DNA from: Paecilomyces variotii
Taxonomy: Eukaryota
Assembly: GCA_004022145.1 (NCBI GenBank)
Contig: RCNU01000005.1
Length of the DNA: 64,000 bases
Direction: 5' to 3' (one strand)
Positions 24,254-35,692 of this stretch are shown here, one piece after another. Under the pieces are notes generated by a model. The model was not told the origin of the DNA. It did no database searches and saw nothing but the letters and a program-made list of their open reading frames with translations. The first letter of the stretch is position 1; every line of letters starts with the position of its first letter. A program made the position numbers and the translations under genes.

Positions 24254-26262
24254 ATGGCCAAGAAGAGAAAGGCCAGTGGCCGCGGTTCGGGCAAGCCCTC
24301 TGCGAAAGAAAGCGAGGCGCTGAACCGTTCGAAATTCGCCTTCGAAGAAAGGTTCGACGACTCGGAGGATGATTTTCAAGCTGGTCGGGATCAGATTCTG
24401 CTGGAAGAAGGACCAGAGGCCAAAAGGCGAAGAAAGCTACAGGAGAAAGGTGTGTAAAAAAGTTCAAATGTTTTTGCTGTTTATGTACTGATCACATTGC
24501 AGATGACAAACTTGAAGCCTCCGATGAAGAAGTTCTTGGTTACGAGTCCGTTGACGAGGATGAACTTGACGATGAGGACGACATTGATAGCGAGGAAGAC
24601 TATGAACAAGACGATGGCCGAAGTTCCAAGAAGTCCCGACATTTGCGCGACTCGTCTAGTCCAGTTTCCAAAGCTGGCGATGACGAAGAGGAAGAGGAGG
24701 GTATCGCGGCTTGGGGAACATCAAGGAAAGACCTATATAATGCCGACAATATCGAGACTGAGGCAGATGCTTTGGAAGAGGAGGAAGAGGCCAAGAAGCT
24801 GCAGCAGAAGCACCTAAAGTCTATGAAGGAAGAAGATTTCGGCTTCGACGAGACGGAATGGCTCGATGCAGAAAAGCCGGAGGAAGGGGACGAGGGCACC
24901 GGGGAAGTGATGGAGGTTTTGCCCCAGCTCGAGGTCACAGATGATATGAGTCCAGAGGAGCAGTTGAAGATCCTAAAGTCGAGGTATCCCGAATTTGAGC
25001 CTTTGGCAAAGGACTTTGCCGACCTACAGGCGACGCATAAGGAGCTACAGCGAGCTGCCAAAGAAGCAGAAGCGGGCAAACCTCTCGATCCTACGCAGCC
25101 CACTCCTGTATCCGTGACGAAGCTCCGTGCATTGTCAGCTTACCTTGGCACGATTAGTCTATACTTTGTGCTACTCACATCACCCGCGCAGAATGGAGAG
25201 ACGAAGCCTACAGCCTTGCCAGCTGCACAGCTGAGAGACCACTCTGTGATGAGTTCATTGGTTCAGTTCCGAAAGCTTTGGGAATCTGTCAAAGATTTGC
25301 GCGAACCAACCGTCACCGACGGCGCCAGTATCGACGAGGACGAATCCGATGTTGAAATGGAAGAAGCTACACCGGAGCCCGTGGAGAAGAAGACGAAGGA
25401 AGCGCAGCCTTCCAAGTCAAAGAAACTGAGCAAAGCACAACGCGCCGCTGAGACTGCAAAGGCTGAAGCTGAGGCACGCCGGGCTGAGAGACTGCGCGAG
25501 ACCGAAGCTGGCCTGGCTGATCTATCTGGCTTGCTGGCGGAAAAGAGCAAGCAACCCAAGGTCAAGAAAGCCAAGGTTATTTTCAGAGACCAGGATTCCG
25601 ATTTCGGCGACGAAGATGCTCTTACCGCACGAGAAGCCGAAGAGAAGGCGAAGCAACGACGATCGCTTCGTTTCTATACCTCTCAACTGGCACAGAAGGC
25701 CAACAAGCGTGGTGCTGCTGGTCGGGACGCTGGTGGAGATGCAGACCTACCTTACCGTGAGCGTTTGAAGGACCGCCAGGCTCGACTGAACGCACAGGCC
25801 GAGAAGCGTGGTCGACAACAGGCGGATGAGCTTGGCGTTGACAGCGACGACGAAGATCATCGTACAGCTGGTGAACTCAGAGGCGAAGGTGCCGGCACAG
25901 ATGAGGACGAGTATTACGACATGGTCGCCTCCAAGTCTAAACAGCGCAAGGCAGATAAGAAGGCTCGCGCAGAAGCCTATGCTCAGGCAGCTCGCGAGGG
26001 AGGCCATGTTGAGATCCAAGAGGAAATTGGCCCCGACGGCAAACGTGCCATCACCTACCAGATCGAGAAGAACAAGGGTCTGGCACCTAAGCGGAACAAA
26101 GACGTCCGCAACCCGCGTGTCAAGAAGAGGAAGAAGTACGAACAGAAGCAGAAGAAGCTGGGTAGTGTTCGCCAGGTCTACAAAGGCGGGGAAGGCCGTG
26201 GTGGATACGCTGGTGAACTCACGGGTATCAAGAAGAATCTGGTCAAGAGTGTCAAGCTTTAG
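24254..26262 (+). CDS. SAS10: SSU processome component Sas10/Utp3
   Basis: Intron 24450-24502. Acidic N-terminus and C-terminal Sas10 domain KRAITYQIEKNKGLAPKRNKDVRNPRVKKRKKYE..YAGELTGIK. Confidence 0.95.
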
Positions 26263-26586
26263 AAGACATTATTTGGCTAGTTTCTTCCCCTTGTGGTATT
26301 ATCCATTTCTGGGGCGTTCTTCTATGGGGTCATAAAAAGTAGGAGTTGTTTTTTTTTTTCAACTGTACATTCATCTCGTACATAGTTTCAAGATACCGAT
26401 CGAATTGATCAATGTTGCCCGCGTTACTTATTATTTGAAGTCCCTCGGGCTTTCATTCTCATTGCATAAGTTTTTCAGCTAAACTATATCTCAGAATGTC
26501 TGTAATAACTGCCTTGTAAATGGAATAATGGATAATCGCCTCTGCACTCATAATTCGTAAAAGACCACCATTTCGTTCATTGATAA

Positions 26587-29500
26587 TCAGACTTCGCTTC
26601 TGTTTCTACCTGCTCTTTCTAGAAGAGCATCGAGAAGGTCCCTAGCACTCGCACTTCCAGAAGACCGTTCATTCTCACTTGAAAAGGACAACTGCACAAA
26701 GTTTCTGGCGATGACTTCCTACACGTAAAGACGGCAAAGCCGATATGAGCACCACTATGTGACATAGGCTGACTGCCTTTTCACTTCAGTTGGGGGGGGG
26801 GGGTTCTATACGTACCGCTTTTTCGAGAGCACTTGTCTCTTCAGCAGACATTTTCGCGCAGACAGCTACTAGATTCTCACCACGAGCGGACAGAGCGGCG
26901 ATCTCGTTGGCTCTGTCGACGATTGCTGGAGGGATCCCGTTCATTGCGGCGCAGCTGGACTACTGGTTAGTCCATACCGGAGATTCTAAGATCGATATAG
27001 CTGGGGTATACATTGTACCGAAGCTCTCGCTGCTCCTTCCTAGGACGAAGCTTGATGTATGTTAGTTCGACTGGTAATTGGTTATGTGGCCAGGAGATAG
27101 AGAATTTCGAACTTATAAAGATACGTGATGTGGTTTCCAGATCGCTTGCTCCTTTCGTCAATTTGGACCTCCATATGACCGAATTGTAGCTCAGGTCGCG
27201 CTACGAGGAGCCTATTCTCAAATATTTCGTGGAAATGCGTTGCTGCTAAGACTTTGGGTCGGTTGTCGTTTAGATCTAGAAGATATTCTAGAACACCACA
27301 AACAAGTCCCGCTCCATCTAGAAAAGCAAGATCAGAAAATTCAAATGTTAGAGGGGAGGATACTTTTCCAATAGACGAACCACTCCAATCAGTTCCTTTC
27401 CCGAATTCATCTATGATTAGCAGACTTCGGTTCGTCGCCATCTTCAAGGCTAGAGACATCTGCTGCAGATCGATCATAAAGGCGCTCTGACCCTATAGAG
27501 CGTAATTCAATACGTGACTCATAGGGAAACTCGTTCGAGCAACCAGCGTACTTACCTTAGAGACGGTTTCTCGAGTGGTAACTCTCGTCAGTATCTTGTC
27601 TGTGATACCAATTTCTGCGCTCTCAGCGGGAACGAAGCTATATTCTTAGTGATGCTGTACAATACTGAGTCGGGCAGCAGACGAGCTTCCAAATTTACTC
27701 ACCTGCCTATGTGGGCGAGGTATACAATCAGAGCCACCTTAATAGTAGTTTAGCAGCTGTAATTTGGATTATCTTTGCCGACCATACCTGCTTCATGTAG
27801 ACACTCTTGCCCGAGTAATTTGGACCCGTCAACAATAGCATGCTTGGACCTTGATAGACTTCTCGAGAATGGGTAGCTTCCAATGACGGTGCATTAATTT
27901 CCGATAATTCATTATTGTTTCCACTACCGCCTATAATGAACGTATCGTTTGGGACGTATGACGGGACAGTAAGCTCTTGAAGAAGATGGCTTGCAGGGGT
28001 GAGTATTCGATAGACATCATCGTATCACATGGGAATTTACCGGCCTCCTTTGACTTTGATAACGTTTTCGTTTCTCATACGTGGACAAACCAGCTTATAT
28101 AGGATAGCTCCTTGCGCCATTGCAAGAAGACTGAAGAAGTCTCAACTTTGGGGATCAGTCATTTCAGGATATTCGCTCACCTATCCAGTTCACCACAGAT
28201 ATCCGATGCTTTCAGTAGAGCTTGTTCGAAATGTAAGACCTTCTGGGCAAGCTCGTACACGATCTCGATCTCTTTTTCTGCGAACTAGTTAAACTTCGCC
28301 GAAGGAAGGTATATATGACTGAGGCGACTTACCACATATAAGACCATATATATCCCCTAATTTATCGTCCATCTCTCTCATCCGAAAGTCTTTGAAGTAT
28401 GCCCTATTCTCAGTAACAAACATCTGTTCCCACTCTTCCTCATTTCCGTTATAACTTGCTATTCCATCTTCCGTGAGAGGTATAGCGATATTGAAGCCAA
28501 GTTGAGGGAAGTATATCACATTCACGTCAATATCCAGCTCCTCCGGTACAGTCATGGCAACATCTATGGCGACCTGTTTCAATAGGCTGTCTAATCCGTT
28601 ATATCTGTCTTTTAGTGTATCTAGTTCTCGATCAATTCCCGGTTTCACGACCGTACGGTGTTGCTCCTCGGAGCTATCAATATCAACCTAATCCTGTTAG
28701 TCTCAAGCTTGAAACCATTCATGAAATTACAGACAATTTCATGTATGATCCTTCCCACTTTGTGGAGTTCAGCTGCATTGAGTATTTCTAGTGCCTTCTA
28801 CTTGTTAGCCCCCTGCAGGTAAGTCACTTTATTTGTCGTCTTGCCTTCGTCCTCAAGGCAAGCGACTCCCCTCCGATAATCTCACGTAATGCCTCTTGAA
28901 TATCGATGCCGTAGAAGGCAAACTAACTTATTAGCTAGGTACCTTTCCACTACTCGGTATTCTGCTGACTTACAGCAAGTAGCGTTGCCCAGACAGTCGT
29001 CTTGAAGCCCGTAACTTTTCCGCCGCCTACACTAACCCCTTTGCGAAGGTTGATCATTACAGGATGAAGGTTCTTGATTTTCTTCAAAGCAGATACCATC
29101 TTCTCCAACGCAGGTGAATTATCGGGTCTCACAGATACCGTAATAAATCTATGCCTTGAATTGATAGTATCCAAATCAATGCTAGGACGCAGAAAAAGCT
29201 GTCTAAGCCGAGCTTTTCCTTGGGGAGTGCGAGCCAGATGATGAAACAAGCCGTAGATAGAAAGACCTTCTTTCGAGCCAGACGATGTCCTCCCTGGGCC
29301 TTGGTTGAAGGCGTTTGGGTGAGACTCTGATTGCAGAATCTGCAGCGATGAAAGTGTATCTATATTGATGAACCTGTGTGGTTCAGCAATGCTACATCCC
29401 ACTAAACGGTCAGTCGGAAAGAATGCTTACATCGTGCCTTTCAATGTAAACATCTCAATTGAGCGTACACTAAGTCGATTGACTTCTGGATCACTGGGCA

Positions 29501-30351
29501 GGTATTCGGTAGCTTTTCTTCGCTGGAGATAAGTGAGGACAGCACCGGCACAGCCCACAGAGATTGTGTTCTCCAGATCGATGCAACCAGTCAGGCGCAG
29601 GAGTTTCCCTTCTTGTGCCGTAAAACCCACTTCGTCTGCATCGACCTGATCATCATAGGATAGACCGTCTCCAGGTACTAAAAACCGAATAGATTCATCT
29701 TTTTCAAGTAAAGTTTCTAGGGCAGCCAACTTTATCCTGGCATTTGTGTAATTGAATTCTGGTGAAGGACGAATATCAACTTGCCAAGGATAGTTGAATT
29801 GAGCTGCTAGGGTTGATTAGAAGAACATCGGATCAGAATAATAGAGAGGCCAAATCTCACTATTTTCTCGATCAGAGTTACCTCCTTGTCTCTCATTGAC
29901 AAGCTGATCAGCACGAGTGCTAGCCAGCAAAACGGTCGGTTTCACCTCAAGTTTTACTTTGGAAACAGAAGCAAGTTAGCAGATGCATCAATGAGCATGC
30001 GGAGCAATACAGACTAGTCTCAATAATTGTCATATCTGCGACGTGCGCATCTGAGAAGAGGTAAATCTTCTCCTCTCTCGCAACATAGTAGCAGCAGCCC
30101 ACCGTTCCGTTGTCTCTGATGTCAACCGCCATCACCACTCTATCGAGATCTTCATCGAACTCCTGTTCTGTATCTTCTCGAGCTCGTTCATCATCATCAA
30201 CGTCAGTTGTAGTTCTTGACCGCAGTCCCGTTGAATGGGTCTGGTGACCAGCTACTATATTCGACCTTGGCCGTGAGACCCTTGGAGTAGGGGCAGTATG
30301 GGGGGAACAAAATGCAGAATTACGCTTCCTCTTTGGCCTGGAGAATGCCAT
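26587..30351 (-). CDS. MSH5: Meiotic MutS homologue Msh5 (about 16 introns)
   Basis: Walker A GPNYSGKSVYMKQ, AFMIDLQQMS, Walker B IIDEFGKGT, ATHFHE, VVKPGIDRELD, IYFPQLGF. Lacks the mismatch-binding domain I. Exons rejoin in frame at the junctions I checked. Stop TGA at 26589-26587. Confidence 0.9.
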
Positions 30352-30771
30352 GACGGATGAATGATATTGAAACCTTGATGGACTATGGAGTAATAAATTA
30401 AAGACAACTTGCTGCGTGAGACTCTTCAGTCAACGGCATTAACCTCATAGAGCCGTCACGAGACTACCACCGAGACAGAAGCATGCGGCCACCGAGAAAG
30501 CTAGACTTTGAAACGAATGGAACATACTCGCACATATGTAACCAACGATTGAGGAGGTGGATGCTTCGATCATATATTAAAGGAGTCATATTGAGAGAAG
30601 ATGCTATATAATACATTGTTTCATCAGATCATTAAGTCTACATTACACAATGCCGTATTCCCAACGATATAATGCCACCAGAAATGCCCATGACCTAGAC
30701 ACATGCGCCAATGCTTGCTAATCAAATGAAACAAGATGATGCACTCCTAGATGATCACCAATAGCTATTTC

Positions 30772-33156
30772 TTATGCTTCTGCTGTGACCTCCAGCCCTG
30801 ACTTATCAGTGTTGAAAGTGACATGGGCAGTCTGCCCAGAGACCACCTCTCCCCGGATGATCTTGTCGGCCAGTCTGTTTCCAATCTCCTTTGCAATAAG
30901 GCGGTTAAGCGGACGAGCACCATATTTGGGATCGTACCCTTTCTCGCAAAGCCAATCCTTGATCTCGTCGTCAACCTTCAGCGTCATCCGTCGGTCGTCA
31001 AGCCGAGACTGAAGCTCCTTTAGTCTGATATCGACGATGTCCCTCAGTGCATCCTTAGAAAGTCTCTTGAAGACGATAAACTCATCGATACGATTGAGGA
31101 ACTCTGGAGGATAGGATGCCTGCACTACATCCATCACGGCCTTCTTGATCTCAGGTGAGACCTCGCCGGAGTCCGAGTCCTTGTAAGAGTGCAACGGATC
31201 GGCACCAACGAGGATATCGGCCCCCAGGTTAGAGGTCAAGACAATAATGGTGTTTCGGAAATCCACCTTATGTCCCTGAGCATCTGTGAGGAATCCTTCG
31301 TCGAGGACCTGCAGGAGGAGCGCAGAAATGTCACGATGAGCCTTCTCGAATTCATCGAAAAGGAGCACAGCATAGGGTTTGCGTCGCACCGCTTCCGTAA
31401 GCTGACCGGCATCGTCGTAGCCTACATAACCTGCTGGCGACCCGATCAGACGACTAACGGTATGCTTCTCCTGGAACTCGCTCATATCGAATCTCAGCAC
31501 TGCTGATTCTGTTGAAAAGAGGAAACCAGCCATCTTCTTGCAAAGCTCTGTCTTTCCAACTCCAGTCGGGCCAAGGAACATGAACGACGCGAGAGGCTTG
31601 TTCTCGCCGCTGAGACCAGCCCTCTGCATGCGCACGGCGTTAGCGACAGCAGAAAGAGCCTCGTCTTGGCCGCGAATAGACTGTCTCAATGTATCCTCCA
31701 TGTGGATCAATTTCTCAACCTCACCAGCCATCAGCTTATTGACGGGGATGCCGGTGGTCCGAGACACGACGGCGGCGATATCGTCAGGGGTGACCGAATC
31801 ATGGATGAGTGTTTGGCTTCCATCAGTGGTGGTCTGAACTTCAGAGCCCTCTTGCGGCAGCTTCTTTTCCAGGCTTGGAATTGTAGAGTACCGCAGCTCT
31901 CCTGCCTTGGCAAAGTTGCCTTCTCTCTGGGCTTGCTCTAGTTCGAATCTAGCTCGCTCGAGCTCCTCCTTCGTCCGTTTGATTTCTTCAATCTCCGCTT
32001 TCTCCTTGTTCCAGACCTCCATCAATTTCCCGACCTCTTCTTGCTTCTGCTTCAATGCCTCCTGTAACTTTTCTCTGCGCTCCCTACTGGTAACATCTGT
32101 TTCTTTGCGAAGTGACTCCAGCTCGATCTGAATAGTTGTGATCTCACGGTCCAGTTCCTGGATCGCATCTGGTTTCGATTCCTGTTGCAAACGGAGGGCT
32201 GAAGCAGCCTCGTCGACTAGGTCGATAGCTTTATCTGGCAAGAAACGATCGGTGATATAACGGTTACTGTACGTCGCTGCAGCTACGAGCGCTGCGTCGG
32301 TGATTCTCACTCCATGATGGACTTCATACTTGTTCTTGATACCTCGCAGGATGGAAATCGTTGCTGCCACAGACGGTTCGCCGACTTGGATGGGTTGGAA
32401 TCGGCGGGCCAGAGCAACATCCTTTTCGATCAGTCGATATTCATTCAAGGTCGTGGCACCACAGCATTGAAGCTCTCCTCTCGACAGAGCCGGCTTCAGC
32501 AGGTTGCTAGCATCGATGCTGCCTTCTGCCTTCCCCAATCCAAGAAGAGTATGAAGCTCATCGATGAAGAGAATAACGCCGCCTTGGGCATCTTCAACCT
32601 CCTTCAACACTGCCTTTAAACGCTCCTCGAAATCTCCTCTGAATTTCGCACCCGCGATGAGTGAACCCAAGTCTAATGCGACAACACGCTTGTTCTTGAT
32701 ACTCTCGGGGACATCCCCTTGTACGATTCGCTGCGCCAATCCTTCCAGGATAGCCGTTTTACCGGTACCGGCAGCACCGATCAAGACGGGATTATTCTTC
32801 GTTCGTCGCGACAGGACTTGAATTGTTCGATGAATCTCTGCGTCTCTTCCAATGACGGGATCGAGTTTGCCCGCTTTAGCCTTCGCTGTAAGGTCCACAC
32901 CATATTGTTCCAACGCCGGTTTCTCCTGCTCTCCGGACATATTCATCCGATGGGTACCTCCTGGAGGATGCGGTCTGCCATTTGCATAGTGGCGGACAGA
33001 CGATACCGACGGAAGAACTGTTCTTTGGTACGGAAGAAGTCGAGACGCAAGGGCCGCTGGGAAACGAGGTCTCTGCGTGATAGATAGTCGACTCGGTGAC
33101 GCTACAGTCGATGGCCGGATGAGACGGCCCCGACCAAGCTGTAATCTCGAAGCCAT
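30772..33156 (-). CDS. HSP78: Mitochondrial ClpB-family disaggregase Hsp78
   Basis: Intronless. Arg/Ser-rich presequence from ATG 33156, no Clp N-domain, two AAA+ modules (GAAGTGKT / LFIDELH and GPTGVGKT / LFDEFEKAH). Confidence 0.95.
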   Translation of the reverse strand: MASRLQLGRGRLIRPSTVASPSRLSITQRPRFPAALASRLLPYQRTVLPSVSSVRHYANGRPHPPGGTHRMNMSGEQEKPALEQYGVDLTAKAKAGKLDPVIGRDAEIHRTIQVLSRRTKNNPVLIGAAGTGKTAILEGLAQRIVQGDVPESIKNKRVVALDLGSLIAGAKFRGDFEERLKAVLKEVEDAQGGVILFIDELHTLLGLGKAEGSIDASNLLKPALSRGELQCCGATTLNEYRLIEKDVALARRFQPIQVGEPSVAATISILRGIKNKYEVHHGVRITDAALVAAATYSNRYITDRFLPDKAIDLVDEAASALRLQQESKPDAIQELDREITTIQIELESLRKETDVTSRERREKLQEALKQKQEEVGKLMEVWNKEKAEIEEIKRTKEELERARFELEQAQREGNFAKAGELRYSTIPSLEKKLPQEGSEVQTTTDGSQTLIHDSVTPDDIAAVVSRTTGIPVNKLMAGEVEKLIHMEDTLRQSIRGQDEALSAVANAVRMQRAGLSGENKPLASFMFLGPTGVGKTELCKKMAGFLFSTESAVLRFDMSEFQEKHTVSRLIGSPAGYVGYDDAGQLTEAVRRKPYAVLLFDEFEKAHRDISALLLQVLDEGFLTDAQGHKVDFRNTIIVLTSNLGADILVGADPLHSYKDSDSGEVSPEIKKAVMDVVQASYPPEFLNRIDEFIVFKRLSKDALRDIVDIRLKELQSRLDDRRMTLKVDDEIKDWLCEKGYDPKYGARPLNRLIAKEIGNRLADKIIRGEVVSGQTAHVTFNTDKSGLEVTAEA

Positions 33157-33290
33157 GGTCGTAGTTCGCTTCTGTGATCGCAATCTCTGAGACAGTATTG
33201 CAATGGGATTATAGGTAGCTAGGATATGAAACACGCATCATCCGGGGAAGATTATATAGTAGTGGTGTCAAGCTCCCGTAGCTCCGGACC

Positions 33291-33316
33291 GTTCTGGAAA
33301 GCTCCCAGAGCTTCCA
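33291..33316. promoter_or_regulatory. Putative heat shock element upstream of HSP78
   Basis: gTTCtgGAAagctcccagagcTTCca (inverted nGAAn units) about 140 bp upstream of the HSP78 ATG. Confidence 0.45.
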
Positions 33317-33561
33317 AGATCGCGAGTGGCGGATTATTGGGAAGCTCAGCTTTGCCCAGCCTAGACGAACTAGTGTCGTTACGCTAACCCACCCGAAGTC
33401 ACGTGATTGCCCCTCCATAGCCTCCGCCCCGAGAAAAAAAAACTCACAACCCAAATTTTGGGACTCCTTGAAAAACTTCCAGCCCCCTGTCTCCCACACC
33501 GCTCCTCCTCCTTTCTTTTTATTTATCTTCTCCTTCCCAACCACTTCATTTCTCATTCATC

Positions 33562-34584
33562 ATGGGTTTCACCGACCTTGTCTCCGACGCCGGTCTCACC
33601 GGTAAGCCCTGAGTCTCGCAAGATCTTGCGACGTGGGAGACTGACCCCTCATCTACAGTTGCCGACAAGTACCTGGCCACCAGGACCTACATCGTTGGGT
33701 AAGTTCGTGCATTCTTTTGTTTATTAACAGTTATTTTGTTACTCTTTCCTGCTTTTTATGATGAGAACAAATTGGTCCGTGTTTAGGAGGCGGCTTAAGA
33801 CACCGCTGCATGACTACACCCAATGCGAGTAATCGCGTCTCTGACTCTGCTATTGCTGCTCTTCACTGTTTACAAAAGCCTACATGCACCAAAGGAGTAG
33901 CGACTAATCTGATGCTAGCCATGCCCCTTCTCAGGCCGATGTGGTGACCTTCAAGGCCATCTCGAGCGCCCCTGACGCCGAGAAGTACCCTCACGTCGCT
34001 CGCTGGTACAAGCACATTGCTTCGTACGAGCCCGAGTTCTCCACTCTGCCCGGTGACCCCTCCAAGGCCTACACTGCTTACGGCCCGGAGACGACTGAGC
34101 TGCCCGTCAACCCTAAGGACAAGCCTGAAGAGGGTTCCGACGATGAGGACCTTTTCGGCAGTGACTCCGAGGAGGAGGACCCCGAGGTTGTCAAGGAGCG
34201 TGAAGCTCGTCTTGCTGAGTACAAGAAGAAGAAGGAGGCTAAGCCCAAGGTTGCCGCTAAGTCCATTGTCACCCTGGAGGTGAAGCCCTGGGGTACGTGA
34301 TAATCCATTACCTAAAACGCGAAATATACGCAGGTGACTAACATCGTCTTATAGACGACGAGACCAACCTTGAGGAGATGGAGGCCAACGTCCGTGCCAT
34401 CGAGAAGGACGGTCTCGTTTGGGGTGCCTCCAAGTTCGTTGCCGTTGGTTTCGGTATCAAGAAGCTCCAGATCAACCTGGTCGTCGAGGACGAGAAGATC
34501 TCTCTTGATGAGCTCCAGCAGCAGATCGAGGAGGACGAGGACCACGTCCAGTCCACCGATATCGCTGCTATGCAGAAGCTCTAA
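33562..34584 (+). CDS. EFB1: Translation elongation factor 1-beta (eEF1B alpha)
   Basis: Exons 33562-33601, 33659-33698, 33919-~34292 and ~34355-34584. Motifs [55 protein letters not shown]. Confidence 0.97.
33757..33845 (+). ncRNA. snR18: Box C/D snoRNA U18/snR18 in EFB1 intron 2
   Basis: Box C ATGATGA 33758-33764. Guide TTGGTCCGTGTTT 33772-33784 is complementary to conserved LSU rRNA AAACACGGACCAA. Variant D' AGGA, box D CTGA 33841-33844. Yeast snR18 is also hosted by the EFB1 intron. Confidence 0.88.
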
Positions 34585-35146
34585 ACGCCAGATTTCGTTA
34601 CGAATAATTTAAAGAATCATGCGAATGATCTCATATTGATGTCTCATGCTAGCCTTCTAGTGTCATGAAATCCTATCTAGCTAGCCCCGACCTAGGCGTA
34701 CATGCCGGTCGTCATTTTAACGAAAAAATACAAATCGACAGCCAGTCTGTCATGATAGAAAGCCTTGATATTCCGCCAAAATTTTATGTAAAACCCTTAA
34801 GGAGAGTGTGACTTGCAGGGCAGCGCAGCACCGCATCCGCTGTAGTCAAGATAGTGTCCGTATTATTGCCAGGAGCGATGATTTGGCGGGGTTTGTGTCA
34901 GCACGTCGTGATTGCGCACCAGGCTTATTTACGCAGCCGTAGCATTGCGCCAGTCATGAGCCGGGAAAGAGAAAAAGGCCACCTGTGGAGCTCAATCCAC
35001 ACGACGACCACTATTTTTTCTCAAATTTCTCTCTTCCTGAAGCCTTCTTTCCCTGAGCTCTCCTCGAGCTTGTTCCTCAAGGTTGGAAAGGGTCCACGAG
35101 TTGTGACGAGGATAAGTGACAAGTTTTCTCAAGTGCTACCGCAGCC

Positions 35147-35692
35147 ATGAGCTTCATGTCGCGCCTTGTCACTTTCTTCGGGCTCATTCTGCTGGCTCAC
35201 GCGTGCGTTCTCTTCTCTCGTGTCAGACAAGATACGTACCGCGGGAGCATTGCTAATTGACGATTTTTCTTTTACAGCGGCTACTCTGCCCATGAGCATT
35301 CTACTCTCTACAGCAATGCCCGGTCTTCTACCTCCCCCTCTTCCGCTCTTCCACTAGATATCACAATCGAGACGCTTGTTGCTGTCGTGCTTGTCTCAGT
35401 TGGACTCGTGCTCGGTGCTGAGAAGCTCAAACCCATCAGCTGGAGCGAGTGGGCGGGGCAGATAGAGAGGGAAGGAGGAGGTAGGAATCCGTACCGTAAC
35501 TTGGAGGAGAGGTATGGGTTCTGGGATATTAGGGTGAGTAGCTCATAGCTTTCCAACTGTTCTGGTTTCCCTTTGGCGTTTGAGCCTCTGATGGATTGAT
35601 GGAAATGGAATGACAGCTAACGCGTCAAGTTTTAGGCCAAGCGAAAGGAATTCGCGGACTGGATCCGCCACCAGGATATTACGACGAAATAA
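35147..35692 (+). CDS. EMC5: ER membrane protein complex subunit 5 (MMgT family)
   Basis: Three exons read manually: MSFMSRLVTFFGLILLAHAGYSAHEH..LPLDITIETLVAVVLVSVGLVLG..LKPISWSEW..FWDIRAKRKEFADWI. Not captured as one ORF in the track. Confidence 0.85.
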
